DNA of 64,000 nt from Candidatus Moraniibacteriota bacterium (GTDB lineage Bacteria > Patescibacteriota > Minisyncoccia > Moranbacterales > UBA11712), in the NCBI GenBank assembly GCA_028695025.1, contig JAQVJV010000001.1, positions 21,201-85,200 of the forward strand. Direction: 5' to 3'. This document shows positions 10,276 through 20,109 of this stretch, piece by piece. The position numbers and the translations under genes are program-made. The notes beneath the pieces are model-generated. The model saw nothing but the letters and a program-made list of their open reading frames with translations. It had not been told where the DNA came from and did no database searches. How positions within the stretch are numbered: the stretch's first letter is position 1; each line of letters starts with the position of its first letter.

Positions 10276-11910
10276 ATGATTAAATCCTTAACTCAAAAAC
10301 TGAAAAACGGTTCTCCTTCTTCATCCGTCGCTTCGGCGGCGTTTGTGATTGCCGCAGCCGGGGTTTTGAGCCGGGTGCTGGGGCTTCTCCGCGACCGGAT
10401 CCTGGCCTCGCATTTCGGAGCGGGGGACGCGCTCGATGTTTACTACGCCGCGTTCCGCATTCCGGATTTGATATATAACCTTCTTGTCCTGGGAGCCTTG
10501 AGCGCCGCCTTCATTCCCGTTTTCACCGGACTCATTGCCCACGAAAAAGATGAAGAGGCTTGGCAATTCGTAAATGTTTTTCTCACGACAGCACTGCTCA
10601 TCCTCATGCTCCTCGCCGGAATTTTTGCGTTTTTTGCCCCGCAACTGATGCCCCTCATTACTCCGGGCTTTCATCCGGGAAAAATGCATGCGGTGGTCGA
10701 TCTCACCCGGATCATGTTTTTGAGCCCGATATTCTTGGGCATAAGCGGAATTTTCGGCGGGATTCTCAATTCTTTCAAGCGCTTTTTGGTATATTCACTC
10801 GCACCGGTGATGTATAATCTCGGCATCATCTTCGGCGCCCTCTATCTCGTGAGGCCGTTCGGGATCGCGGGGCTTGCCTGGGGAGTGGTGATCGGCGCGT
10901 TTCTCCATATGCTTGTCCAATATCCGAACGTTAAAATGGTCGGCCTCAAATATTTTCCACGGCTCGACTGGAAAGACCGAAACCTCCGGAAAGTTATGCG
11001 CCTCATGGTGCCGCGGACCTTGGGCCTTGCCGTAACGCAGATCAACCTGCTCGTCATCACGGTGATTGCTTCCACCCTTGCCGCCGGAAGCCTGGCTGTT
11101 TTCAATTTCGCCAATAATCTCCAGAGTTTTCCGCTTGGAATTTTTGCCATCCCTTTTGCCCTCGCTGTTTTTCCGGTGCTGTCCCACCATGCCGCAAAAG
11201 ACGAGCGGGACGTGTTCATCTATAATTTTTCCAAAACTTTCCGCCAGATCCTTTTTTTCGTCATTCCGGCGAGCATCCTCATCCTCGTCTTGCGGGCCCA
11301 AATTGTCCGCATCGTGCTGGGATCAGGAAAATTCAACTGGACTGACACCATCCTCACTTTCCAAGCCCTCGGGATTTTCGTCGTGAGCCTTTTCGCGCAA
11401 AGTATCATTCCGCTTCTTGCCCGCGCCTTTTTCGCCCTTCACAACACGCGCATCCCTTTTTTTGCCGGCCTTGCCGCAGAAGCGGTCAACCTTGCCGCCG
11501 CGCTCACCCTTGCAAGGCCCTACGGCATCCTGGGTCTTGTTTGGGCCTTCTCGCTAGCGAACATCCTTGAAATGTTTCTTCTCATTTTCATTCTTCGGAA
11601 TAAGCTCGGAAATCTTGACGATCGGAAAATCGTTTCCGTCACTTTGCGGATCGCTTTTTCAGCTATTGTTGCCGGGCTCATTGCCCAGATCGTGAAATAT
11701 CTTGTCAATCCTTTGCTTGATCTTGACACCTTCATCGGAGTTTTTGCCCAAATGGCTTCGGCCGGATTGTCAGGAGCCGGCGCGTATTGCCTCCTTGTCT
11801 GGTATTTCAACCTTGAAGAATTCCGCTATCTCAAGAGATTTTTCAACATCCGCATCTTCCGCCTCCGCGCCCCGCTCGAAGAAGACCCGACGGAAGCAAG
11901 CGGGATTTAG
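10276..11910 (+). CDS. murJ: Lipid II flippase MurJ (MviN)
   Basis: SRVLGLLRD..LA..FG; D.YYAAFRIPD; GALSAAFIPVF; many TM segments. Confidence 0.93.
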   Translation: MIKSLTQKLKNGSPSSSVASAAFVIAAAGVLSRVLGLLRDRILASHFGAGDALDVYYAAFRIPDLIYNLLVLGALSAAFIPVFTGLIAHEKDEEAWQFVNVFLTTALLILMLLAGIFAFFAPQLMPLITPGFHPGKMHAVVDLTRIMFLSPIFLGISGIFGGILNSFKRFLVYSLAPVMYNLGIIFGALYLVRPFGIAGLAWGVVIGAFLHMLVQYPNVKMVGLKYFPRLDWKDRNLRKVMRLMVPRTLGLAVTQINLLVITVIASTLAAGSLAVFNFANNLQSFPLGIFAIPFALAVFPVLSHHAAKDERDVFIYNFSKTFRQILFFVIPASILILVLRAQIVRIVLGSGKFNWTDTILTFQALGIFVVSLFAQSIIPLLARAFFALHNTRIPFFAGLAAEAVNLAAALTLARPYGILGLVWAFSLANILEMFLLIFILRNKLGNLDDRKIVSVTLRIAFSAIVAGLIAQIVKYLVNPLLDLDTFIGVFAQMASAGLSGAGAYCLLVWYFNLEEFRYLKRFFNIRIFRLRAPLEEDPTEASGI

Positions 11911-11986
11911 TATAAAAAAATTCGCCTTTTACTTAAAAAGGTTTTTTTTATTTGCAAAAAGCTGAAAATGGGGTAGATTATAGGGT

Positions 11987-13855
11987 ATGGATAATCAACA
12001 AAACATCCGGAATTTTTGCATAATCGCCCATATAGATCATGGGAAGTCGACGCTTGCCGACCGGATGCTTGAACTCACCCAAACCGTCGAACAGCGCAAG
12101 ATGAAGGAGCAACTGCTCGACACGATGGATCTCGAGCGGGAAAGGGGAATCACGATCAAGTTGCAGCCGGTGAGGATGCAATATAAAGTTCAAAGTAGAG
12201 ACAGTGATGATTCGCAATATTTAAATAGTAAAATGAGCGAAGCGAACACCAACACTTTTCACTTTTCACTTTTCACTTTAAACTTAATTGATACTCCCGG
12301 CCATGTTGATTTCGGCTATGAAGTTTCCCGATCCCTCGCCGCCGTTGAAGGCGCGGTTTTGCTTGTGGATGCGACCAAAGGCGTGCAAGCCCAAACCGTG
12401 GCCAACCTCTATCAAGCCATCGAGCAGGGATTGGAAATCATTCCCGTGGTGAACAAAATCGACCTTCCGAACGCCGAAGTGGAAAAAACCAAAAGCGAAA
12501 TCATCCACCTTTTGGGCTGCCGGGAGGATGAAATTTTGGAAGCAAGCGGAAAAACCGGCGAGGGGGTGGAAAATATCCTGGACGCAATCGTTGAAAAAGT
12601 GCCGGCGCCGTCAGGAGAACTTCAAAAACCTCTTCGCGCCCTCATTTTTGATTCGAAATATGATACCTACAAAGGCGTTTTGGCTTACGTGCGGATCATT
12701 GACGGTGAAGTGAAAGCCGAGCACAAAATCACGGCCATGGCCACCAAACAGGATAGTTCAGTGATCGAAGTGGGCCATTTCACGCCGGAACTCGTCAAAT
12801 CGGGCAAGTTATTGGCTGGGGATATCGGCTATATCGCGACCGGCTTCAAATCGGTGAGCGATTGTCGGGTTGGGGACACGATCACTCTCACAAACGCCAT
12901 CGAAAAAACCGAACGGCTTCCGGGATACAGGGAAATAAAACCCGTTGTCTATGCCAGTTTCTATCCCAAAGAAGGGGATGATTACAACTTCATGCGCGAC
13001 GCCTTGGGAAAACTCAAGCTGAACGACGCCGCATTTGATTTCGAGCCGGAAAGCAACCAGGCGCTTGGCCGCGGGTTCCGCTCGGGGTTCTTGGGGCTTC
13101 TTCATATGGAGATTATCCAGGAAAGGCTCAAGCGCGAATTTGAAATCGATCCGGTGATCACCACGCCGAGCGTAGTTTATGAAGTTCAGGTCAAAGGCCA
13201 GAAGTCAAAGGTCAAAGTTTTCTCACCGCTCGAAATGCCCGACCCGTCCGTGACTGAAAGCATCGAAGAGCCTTATGTCAAACTGGATATTATTTCCCCG
13301 GCGCAATACCTCGGAAATATCATGGATCTCATGAACAATACCCGTGCGGAGTATAAAAATACGGAATATATCGACAGCGAACGGCTGATTCTTTCTTTCA
13401 ATGCTCCACTCACCGATGTCATCATCGACCTGCATGACAAATTGAAAAGCGTTTCGAGCGGATACGCTTCGATGAACTATGAAATCACCGGATACCGTCC
13501 CAACAAGCTGGTGAAGCTTGATATTCTCGTGGCCAATGACCGCGTGGACGCTTTTTCCCGGATTGTGCCGGAAGACCGGGCTTTCTCCGAAGGAAAAGCC
13601 ACCGTGGAAAAATTGAAGGACGTGATTCCGCGCCAAAACTTCCAAGTCGCCCTCCAGGCCGCTGTCGGAGGAAAAATTCTTGCCCGCGAAACCGTGAGGG
13701 CCTTCCGAAAAGATGTGACAGCCAAACTATACGGCGGCGATGTCACCCGCAAAAGAAAATTGCTTGAAAAACAGAAAAAGGGGAAGAAAAAGATGACCCA
13801 AGTCGGCCGGGTGGAAATTCCCAGCACCGCTTTTTTGGCCGTTTTGCGGAAATAG
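11987..13855 (+). CDS. lepA: Elongation factor 4 (LepA) with an in-frame insert
   Basis: IAHIDHGKSTLADR, ERGITIK, DTPGHVDF, KDVTAKLYGGDVTRKRKLLEKQKKGK. Confidence 0.98.
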   Translation: MDNQQNIRNFCIIAHIDHGKSTLADRMLELTQTVEQRKMKEQLLDTMDLERERGITIKLQPVRMQYKVQSRDSDDSQYLNSKMSEANTNTFHFSLFTLNLIDTPGHVDFGYEVSRSLAAVEGAVLLVDATKGVQAQTVANLYQAIEQGLEIIPVVNKIDLPNAEVEKTKSEIIHLLGCREDEILEASGKTGEGVENILDAIVEKVPAPSGELQKPLRALIFDSKYDTYKGVLAYVRIIDGEVKAEHKITAMATKQDSSVIEVGHFTPELVKSGKLLAGDIGYIATGFKSVSDCRVGDTITLTNAIEKTERLPGYREIKPVVYASFYPKEGDDYNFMRDALGKLKLNDAAFDFEPESNQALGRGFRSGFLGLLHMEIIQERLKREFEIDPVITTPSVVYEVQVKGQKSKVKVFSPLEMPDPSVTESIEEPYVKLDIISPAQYLGNIMDLMNNTRAEYKNTEYIDSERLILSFNAPLTDVIIDLHDKLKSVSSGYASMNYEITGYRPNKLVKLDILVANDRVDAFSRIVPEDRAFSEGKATVEKLKDVIPRQNFQVALQAAVGGKILARETVRAFRKDVTAKLYGGDVTRKRKLLEKQKKGKKKMTQVGRVEIPSTAFLAVLRK

Positions 13856-13871
13856 GGTATAATATCTACAA

Positions 13872-13979
13872 ATGAAGCATAGACATAAGAAAAAAATCCG
13901 GATCATCTGGCTCATCATCACCATTATCGCCGTTCTCTCGATGGTGGCTTTCACGATCGCCCCCATGATGAGTTTCTAA
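13872..13979 (+). CDS. 35-aa single-TM micro-protein, below the ORF-track cutoff
   Basis: MKHRHKKKIRIIWLIITIIAVLSMVAFTIAPMMSF; TATAAT 8 nt upstream; fills the lepA to ftsB-like gap. Confidence 0.65.
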   Translation: MKHRHKKKIRIIWLIITIIAVLSMVAFTIAPMMSF

Positions 13980-14000
13980 AAATTTGGAAAGCATCGGCCT

Positions 14001-14429
14001 GTGAAAAATAAATCGGAAGAAAAAACAAACACCGCTGCCAAAATTTTTTCCGGAATATTCTTTCTGGCCGGTTTCGTCATCCTTGCTTTGATTGGCGTAT
14101 CTTTAGGAAAAAAAATCTATCGCAAAAATCAAACCCAAAAGGAAATCGAAAAACTTCAGGCTCAAATCCAAGAACTGAAGCAGGATAACGATAACATGGA
14201 CGGGCTTATCAGCTATCTCTCTTCGACTGACTTCCAAGAGAAAGAGGCTCGCGAGAAATTAAGCCTGCAAAAAAACGACGAAAAAATGATCGTTCTGCAA
14301 AAAGATGCCGTCCAGCCGGAAAAATCCGAATCAGATTCAGATCAGAATAAAAATCAATTGGCCACTGAACCAAATAACACTCCCAACTGGCAAAAATGGC
14401 TGAATTTCTTTTTTGAAAATAAGAGCTAA
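14001..14429 (+). CDS. Septum formation initiator (FtsB/DivIC family)
   Basis: TM, coiled coil, EKEAREKLSL...E motif, C-terminal PNWQKW. Confidence 0.8.
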   Translation: MKNKSEEKTNTAAKIFSGIFFLAGFVILALIGVSLGKKIYRKNQTQKEIEKLQAQIQELKQDNDNMDGLISYLSSTDFQEKEAREKLSLQKNDEKMIVLQKDAVQPEKSESDSDQNKNQLATEPNNTPNWQKWLNFFFENKS

Positions 14430-14432
14430 AAC

Positions 14433-15491
14433 ATGACCGACCGCAAAAAACACAAAAAAAAGCAAGCGGTGAAAATTTGGCTGATTGCCGGAGCCTCGGC
14501 ATTGGCCATTTTTGCCGTTCTTGCTTCCGTGATCCTTGGCGTTTATGAGTTCAACTGGAGCAACCGTTTTTTTGTCTCCGCCACAAAAAACATCCCTTTT
14601 CCGGCGCTATATATCCGCGGAGCCGGTTTCGTTTCGGTGAATGAAGTGAAATCCGACCTCCAGTCCGTGAAAAAATTCTATGAATCCCAGGACTTCGCAA
14701 AACTCGGCATGCGGATTGATTTCAACACCGACCAGGGCCAAAAACGGCTCAAAGTGAAAGAAAAAGAAATAATCAGCAAGCTGGTTGAAAACAAGGTGGT
14801 GGAAGCCCTGGCCGAGAAACAGGGAATTGCAATCAGCAACAGCGATGTAAACGCGGAATTGGAAAAAAATATCGCCCAATTCGGAAACAAGGACAACTTG
14901 ATGAGCGACCTTGCGCGATTATACGGCTGGACAATCGACGATTTTTCCGAAAAAGTGGTGAAGCCGGAAATGTACGCGGCGAAACTTTCTGAAAATTACG
15001 CCGGAAGCCTTGATACCGGCGCCGAGCAGGAAAAGGCGCAGGATTTATACAAGCAGGCAACAGCCAAAAACGCCGACTTTGCAACTATCGCCAAAGAAAA
15101 TTCCGACGGACAAAGCGGGGAAGACGGCGGCGATTTGGGATGGTCGACCCAAGATCAATTGATCGGGCCGGTGGGAGAGAAAGCGTTTTCCATGAAAGTC
15201 GGGGAAATCAGCGATCCGGTGGAGAGCGAGCTTGGTTTCCATATCTTGAAACTTACGGAGAAGAAAACCGACAACGGCGTGGAGATTGTCCATTTGAGCC
15301 AAATTTTTGTGAAAAAGCCGACTTTTTCCGACTGGCTTTCCGGCCAGATGAAAAACTATCCGGTGACGGTCTTTGTGAAAGAATATCAATGGAATTCCGG
15401 GGACGCCAAAATCGGATTCCGCGATTCGGAAATGCAAAAATTTGAAAAAAATCTCCCGGCCAACTCGGAAGGGGATCCATCGGTGTTTTAG
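14433..15491 (+). CDS. PrsA/SurA-like parvulin peptidyl-prolyl isomerase
   Basis: DFATIAKENSD..S...GGDLGW; GEISDPVESELGFHILK. Confidence 0.88.
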   Translation: MTDRKKHKKKQAVKIWLIAGASALAIFAVLASVILGVYEFNWSNRFFVSATKNIPFPALYIRGAGFVSVNEVKSDLQSVKKFYESQDFAKLGMRIDFNTDQGQKRLKVKEKEIISKLVENKVVEALAEKQGIAISNSDVNAELEKNIAQFGNKDNLMSDLARLYGWTIDDFSEKVVKPEMYAAKLSENYAGSLDTGAEQEKAQDLYKQATAKNADFATIAKENSDGQSGEDGGDLGWSTQDQLIGPVGEKAFSMKVGEISDPVESELGFHILKLTEKKTDNGVEIVHLSQIFVKKPTFSDWLSGQMKNYPVTVFVKEYQWNSGDAKIGFRDSEMQKFEKNLPANSEGDPSVF

Positions 15492-15513
15492 GAGTTTAAA
15501 ATACGTTGAAACC

Positions 15514-15543
15514 AAAAACTTCGCATTCTTGCGAAGTTTTTTT
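15514..15543. terminator. Bidirectional terminator
   Basis: AAAAACTTCGCA-TTCT-TGCGAAGTTTTT between the converging PPIase gene and tRNAs. Confidence 0.75.
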
Positions 15544-15618
15544 GGAGCCGATGGCCGGGATCGAACCGGCGACCTACGCGTTACGAGTGCGTCGCTCTGC
15601 CAACTGAGCTACATCGGC
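15543..15618 (-). tRNA. tRNA-Thr(CGT)
   Basis: Reverse complement GCCGATGTAGCTCAGTTGGCAGAGC...CT CGT AA...GGTTCGATCCC...TCCA; cloverleaf with encoded CCA. Confidence 0.95.
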
Positions 15619-15626
15619 GTGATTTT

Positions 15627-15700
15627 TGGAGCGGGATACGAGAATCGAACTCGCGTTTCTTGCTTGGGAAGCAAATGTACTGCCACTGTACTAATCCCGC
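15627..15700 (-). tRNA. tRNA-Gly(CCC)
   Basis: Reverse complement GCGGGATTAGTACAGTGG...TT CCC AA...GTTCGATTC..CCCGCTCCA. Confidence 0.93.
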
Positions 15701-15772
15701 AATTACTGCCAAATACTAGCAAATTTTTCCGCTTCTGGCAACTGAAATTGTTTTGTGCTATAATTTTTCCGT

Positions 15773-16868
15773 ATGCAGGAACTTCTGGAAAAACTGAAAG
15801 AGCTTCGCCAGCGAGTCGCTTCCGTAAGCGACTGTCTTTGACTTCCCAAAAAAGAAAAAGCGCATTGAAGAGCTGGAAAAAGAATCGAACACGGAAAATT
15901 TTTGGCAAAATCCCGACGAAGCGCAAAAAGTGATGCAAGAATTGGAAGGCCTGCGCGAAGACATCAAGACTTTGGGTGAAATGGAAACAAGCCTGGACGA
16001 TCTTTCGGAAATGGCAAATCTTGCCGCGGACGATTCCGAAATAAAAAAAGAAATCGAAAAACAGATCGGTTCGATCGGAAAAAATCTTGAAAAGATCGAG
16101 TTCGAAACCCTTTTCCGGGGAGAATACGACCGGAGCAACGCGATCCTTTCGATCCACAGCGGAACCGGGGGGGTGGACGCGCAGGATTGGGCGGAGATGC
16201 TCCTTCGGATGTATCTGCGGTTCGCCGAAAGAAAAAATTGGAAAGCCAAAGTCCTTTCCGAATCTCGCGGCCAGGAAGCCGGAATCAAAAGCGCAACGCT
16301 TGAAATTTCCGGAAAGATGGCCTACGGATATCTCAAAACGGAAGCCGGACTCCATCGCCTCGTGAGGCTCTCGCCCTTCAACGCCAAAAATCTCCGCCAG
16401 ACCTCATTTGCTTCAGTTGAAGTTTTGCCGGAAATTGATAAGATAGAATCAGTGGAAATCAATCCGGCCGACCTCAAGATTGATACCTTTCGTGCTTCAG
16501 GAGCCGGTGGTCAGCACGTGAACAAGACCGACAGCGCAGTGCGCATCACCCATTTGCCGACCAACCTTGTCGCCAGTTCTCAGAACGAGCGCAGCCAGCT
16601 CCAAAACAAAGAACAGGCCCTGAAAATTCTCACCGCAAAAATCCACCAGAGATATTTGGCCGAAAAAGAAGAACAAGAAAAAAAGCTGAAAGGCGAACAT
16701 GTTGAAGTTCAGTGGGGAAGCCAAATCCGGTCATATGTCCTTCATCCGTACAAGCTCGTGAAAGACCACCGCACAAAATTCGAATCCAAAAATCCGGAAG
16801 AAGTGCTGGACGGGAATATCGAAGGATTCATAGAAACATACCTCACCGGTCAAAATTCGCAAAAATAA
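15773..16868 (+). CDS. prfB: Peptide chain release factor 2 with programmed +1 frameshift at CTT-TGA-C (15836-15842)
   Basis: ATG 15773 gives MQELLEKLKELRQRVASVSDCL then stop; the +1 frame continues DFPKKK... into the ORF carrying SPF and GGQ motifs. Confidence 0.96.
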
Positions 16869-16880
16869 AAACACATACGC

Positions 16881-17567
16881 ATGATAGAATTTCGAAACGT
16901 CAAAAAAATATATTCCGCCGGCATAAACACCATTGCTCTTGATGATGTCAATTTTGTCATCGAAAAAGAGGAATTTGTTTCATTGGTCGGCCATAGCGGA
17001 GCCGGAAAATCAACGCTCCTCAAGCTTCTTTATGCGGAAGAAAAACCGACCTCGGGACAGATTTTTTTCAACGGCGAGGACATCACTCAACTCACCCCAA
17101 AGGAACTTCCTTTGCACCGCCGCCGGATCGGAACAATTTTTCAGGACTTCAAATTGCTTCCCCGAAAAACCCTTTTTGAAAATGTGGCTTTTGCCCTCGA
17201 AGTATCCGACCACTCTGACGCGGAAATTCAGGAGCTGGTTCCGCAAATTCTCGAGATCGTCGGCCTCGCGCACAAGATGGAATGCTATCCTCGGGAAATT
17301 TCCGGAGGAGAACAGCAGCGCGTGGCTATCGCTCGCGCCTTGGTCCACCGGCCGCCGCTCATCATCGCCGATGAGCCGACAGGGAACCTTGATCCGATCA
17401 GCAGCTGGGGAATCATCCAGCTTCTGCTCAAAATCAACAAGCTCGGAACAACGATTTTGCTCGCCACGCACAACAAAGACATCGTCAACCGCGTCAAACG
17501 CCGCGTCATCACCCTTGACCAGGGAAAAATCATTCGGGACCATAGCAAGGGAAGGTACGCGATATAA
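16881..17567 (+). CDS. ftsE: Cell division ATP-binding protein FtsE
   Basis: [23 protein letters not shown]-like segment, [17 protein letters not shown]; adjacent to ftsX. Confidence 0.93.
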   Translation: MIEFRNVKKIYSAGINTIALDDVNFVIEKEEFVSLVGHSGAGKSTLLKLLYAEEKPTSGQIFFNGEDITQLTPKELPLHRRRIGTIFQDFKLLPRKTLFENVAFALEVSDHSDAEIQELVPQILEIVGLAHKMECYPREISGGEQQRVAIARALVHRPPLIIADEPTGNLDPISSWGIIQLLLKINKLGTTILLATHNKDIVNRVKRRVITLDQGKIIRDHSKGRYAI

Positions 17568-17571
17568 TATT

Positions 17572-18483
17572 ATGTTACTAATCACCCTCAAGCGCACATT
17601 TCTTTCCGGATTCCAGCATTTCAAAAGAAACGGCTGGCTGAGTTTTGCCGTCACAAGCATCCTCTCACTCACCCTCCTCATCATCAGCACCCTGATCGTC
17701 CTTTCTCTCGCCGCCAACTTGGTGATCCGAAACGTCCAGGACAAGGTGGATATCAGCGTATATTTCAAAAGCGACACACCCGAGTCGAAAATTCTTGACT
17801 TCCGCTCGACTGTCCTTCAATACAAAGAAGTGAAGTCGTCCGAATATGTCTCCAAGAACCAGGCCTTCGACGATTTCAAGGAAAAAAATGCGGACAATCC
17901 CGTCATCCTGCAATCGCTCGACGCCATCGGCGACAACCCGTTGAACGCCTCGGTGAATATCAAAGCCATCACTCCGGACAAATACGACATCATTGCCACC
18001 GCCATCCAAAATTCCGCCTTCAAAGACGACATCATCCGCATCAACTACGCCAAAAACAAGCTTGTCATCGAACGGTTGAACAATATCCTTTCCATGACCC
18101 GCCGGGTGGGAATCACCTTGGCCGCGTTGTTCTCGCTCATCGCGATCCTCATCACTTTCAACGCCGTCCGCATCACCATATACGCCCATCGCCAGGAAAT
18201 CGAAATTATGCGGCTCGTCGGCGCATCCGACCGCTATATCCGCCTGCCTTTCATTTTCGAGGGAATCACCTACGGCGCGATTTCGGCCATATTCGTCATG
18301 TTTCTTCTTTTCCCGCTCATCCGCTTTGCCGTCCCGCATATCACCGGCGCGGTTTCCGTGAAGGACGTGCAATCCGATTTCATCCACTATTTCTGGCTGA
18401 TTTTCCTGGTCCAGCTTTTGGTCGGCGTAGGCTTGGGAATTGTGAGTAGTTTGATCGCCATCCGGAGATATTTGAAAATCTAA
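17572..18483 (+). CDS. ftsX: Cell division permease FtsX
   Basis: Start reassigned to ATG 17572; RNGWLS, EIEIMRLVGAS..YIRLPF..EG, RRYLK. Confidence 0.93.
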   Translation: MLLITLKRTFLSGFQHFKRNGWLSFAVTSILSLTLLIISTLIVLSLAANLVIRNVQDKVDISVYFKSDTPESKILDFRSTVLQYKEVKSSEYVSKNQAFDDFKEKNADNPVILQSLDAIGDNPLNASVNIKAITPDKYDIIATAIQNSAFKDDIIRINYAKNKLVIERLNNILSMTRRVGITLAALFSLIAILITFNAVRITIYAHRQEIEIMRLVGASDRYIRLPFIFEGITYGAISAIFVMFLLFPLIRFAVPHITGAVSVKDVQSDFIHYFWLIFLVQLLVGVGLGIVSSLIAIRRYLKI

Positions 18484-18486
18484 AAA

Positions 18487-18523
18487 TTTCCCCCATCATA
18501 AAGGGAAGCTAAGGGAAGATTTT
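18487..18523. repeat. Copy of the CCCCC-N-AAAGGG palindromic repeat also found inside the tmk-like gene
   Basis: TTTCCCCCATCATAAAGGGAAGCTAAGGGAAGATTTT resembles 30322-30358. Confidence 0.65.
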
Positions 18524-18524
18524 G

Positions 18525-18547
18525 AAAAGCCGGCAATCGGCTTTTTT
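18525..18547 (+). terminator. Intrinsic terminator after ftsX
   Basis: AAAAGCCG-GCAAT-CGGCTTTTTT. Confidence 0.75.
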
Positions 18548-18590
18548 GCTTGATATTTTTGGAAAAATAATATAGAATTCATCGTGTTAT

Positions 18591-18661
18591 TGGGGTGTAG
18601 CCAAGCGGTAAGGCAATGGGTTCTGGTCCCATGATCCTAGGTTCGAATCCTAGCACCCCAG
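18591..18661 (+). tRNA. tRNA-Gln(CTG), CCA not encoded
   Basis: TGGGGTGTAGCCAAGCGGTAAGGC ATGGG TT CTG GT CCCAT...GGTTCGAATCC..CACCCCAG. Confidence 0.95.
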
Positions 18662-19372
18662 ATGATAAAATTATTCAAAAATTATCCAGAAATAATTGCA
18701 GTTATGTCCGATAGAAAAGATGGTTCTATGCGGCTTTTTGTCGATGGCGTTTTGGATAAAAAATATGAGACAAACCGAACAAGTTTTTTTAAGGAAATCG
18801 GGATTGATTATAATAATGTTATCAGTGCCCACCTTGAGCATAAAACGGGCATAAAAAATATCAGGAATAATAAGAAAAAAATTATTCCCAAAACCGATGC
18901 CCTTGTTTCCAAGGAAAAGAATATATTTCTTTCCGTTACTTCAGCCGACTGCATTCCAATTTTATTCTATGAGCCAACAGTTAAGATAGTTGGAATCGCT
19001 CATGCTGGCTGGAGAGGCATTGTTAAAAAAATAGCCAATAAAACAATTGAAAAAATTATTGATCTTGGCGGAGATCCAAAAAATATTCGGGTGGCAATGG
19101 GCCCCGGGATAAACAAATGTCATTTCGACATCGGAAATCGTATCAGTAAACAATTCCTTCCATATTCAAAGCTGATCGACAAGAGAGGAGATAAATATTT
19201 CGTCGAATTAAAAGAAATAATCAATGAACAATTAATTGAATCCGGAATAGACAAAAGGAATATTGAAAATACGAGAGAATGTACATTTTGCAAATCAAAA
19301 AAATATTTTTCTTATCGAAAGGAAAAAGATCCAAATGTTGGACTAATGATTAGCTTAATTGGTATCAGATAG
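18662..19372 (+). CDS. pgeF: PgeF/YfiH family (peptidoglycan editing factor / purine nucleoside phosphorylase)
   Basis: DALVS, SADCIPIL, HAGWRG, GPGI, CT.C...YFSYR. Confidence 0.9.
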   Translation: MIKLFKNYPEIIAVMSDRKDGSMRLFVDGVLDKKYETNRTSFFKEIGIDYNNVISAHLEHKTGIKNIRNNKKKIIPKTDALVSKEKNIFLSVTSADCIPILFYEPTVKIVGIAHAGWRGIVKKIANKTIEKIIDLGGDPKNIRVAMGPGINKCHFDIGNRISKQFLPYSKLIDKRGDKYFVELKEIINEQLIESGIDKRNIENTRECTFCKSKKYFSYRKEKDPNVGLMISLIGIR

Positions 19373-19457
19373 GATAATTTAGGAAATATGTTCGAACATC
19401 GTCCCACAATCGCAGCGGTGAAAATAATTTTGATAGCTAATTCCTACAAATAAAACA

Positions 19458-19646
19458 ATGGATATAAGTGCTCCGTTTTCAATATTATTAGGATTACTGG
19501 CTGTTGTTTTTATAATTATAGGCATAAGAGAAGTGATTATGTGGTATTGGAAAATAAACAGAATCGTAAAACTCCTGGAAAATATTGAAGAGAATACATC
19601 TAAACTTCTCCGAAAAAATAAGGATAAAAATTCTGATATTGAATAG
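19458..19646 (+). CDS. Small membrane protein
   Basis: TM followed by REVIMWYWKINRIV.LL; 62 aa. Confidence 0.65.
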   Translation: MDISAPFSILLGLLAVVFIIIGIREVIMWYWKINRIVKLLENIEENTSKLLRKNKDKNSDIE

Positions 19647-19676
19647 ATCTTACCAAAATAATTTTTGAATAAACAC

Positions 19677-20057
19677 ATGAACAACCTCCCCGCGTTTTTT
19701 GCCGCTAATCCCTGGGTACTTGCCCTTATCGCGCTTTGGACCATCCCCTGGAAGGGCGTGGCGCTTTGGAAAGCGGCGAGAAACGAGCATACCGGCTGGT
19801 TTGTGGCCATCCTCATCCTCAACACTCTCGGAATCCTGGAGATAATCTACATTTTCTTTTTCTCCCGAAAGAGAGGAGCTATGGCAAATGTTCCATCCAG
19901 CGCGCCGATGAACATGCCGACAAATATTCCCGCCACTCCGCCAGCTGAAGCCCCAGTCGAAAAACCGATGGAAATGAAAAACCCCGAAGAAAGCGCGAAT
20001 ATTGAGGGAATAGCCGCGCCAACCGAAAAAATTGACGAGCCGCCGATTTCGCGCTAG
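19677..20057 (+). CDS. DUF5652-like membrane protein with a Pro-rich tail
   Basis: WKGVALWKAARN...WFVAILILNTLGILEIIYIF. Confidence 0.75.
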   Translation: MNNLPAFFAANPWVLALIALWTIPWKGVALWKAARNEHTGWFVAILILNTLGILEIIYIFFFSRKRGAMANVPSSAPMNMPTNIPATPPAEAPVEKPMEMKNPEESANIEGIAAPTEKIDEPPISR

Positions 20058-20109
20058 AATTTATTTCCGGAGAGATGTTTTGATAATCATTTAACTAAAA
20101 TCCAAAAAT

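Noticed and set aside
12184-12285. Intein or intron in lepA
   Set aside because: The insert is far too short, lacks Cys/Ser...His-Asn ends and has no group I/II core; it reads through in frame.
16933-17571. N-terminal extensions in the ORF track (ftsX, def, rplI, pyrG, second MazG-like gene, GT4 at 6210)
   Set aside because: They overlap upstream genes or hairpins, and homology begins at downstream ATGs.
19382-19403. LexA/SOS box around ATGTTCGAACAT
   Set aside because: It is palindromic but does not fit GAAC-N4-GTTC spacing.
18662-20057. Integrative island at tRNA-Gln
   Set aside because: I found no integrase and no duplicated tRNA 3' end; only the composition shift supports it.
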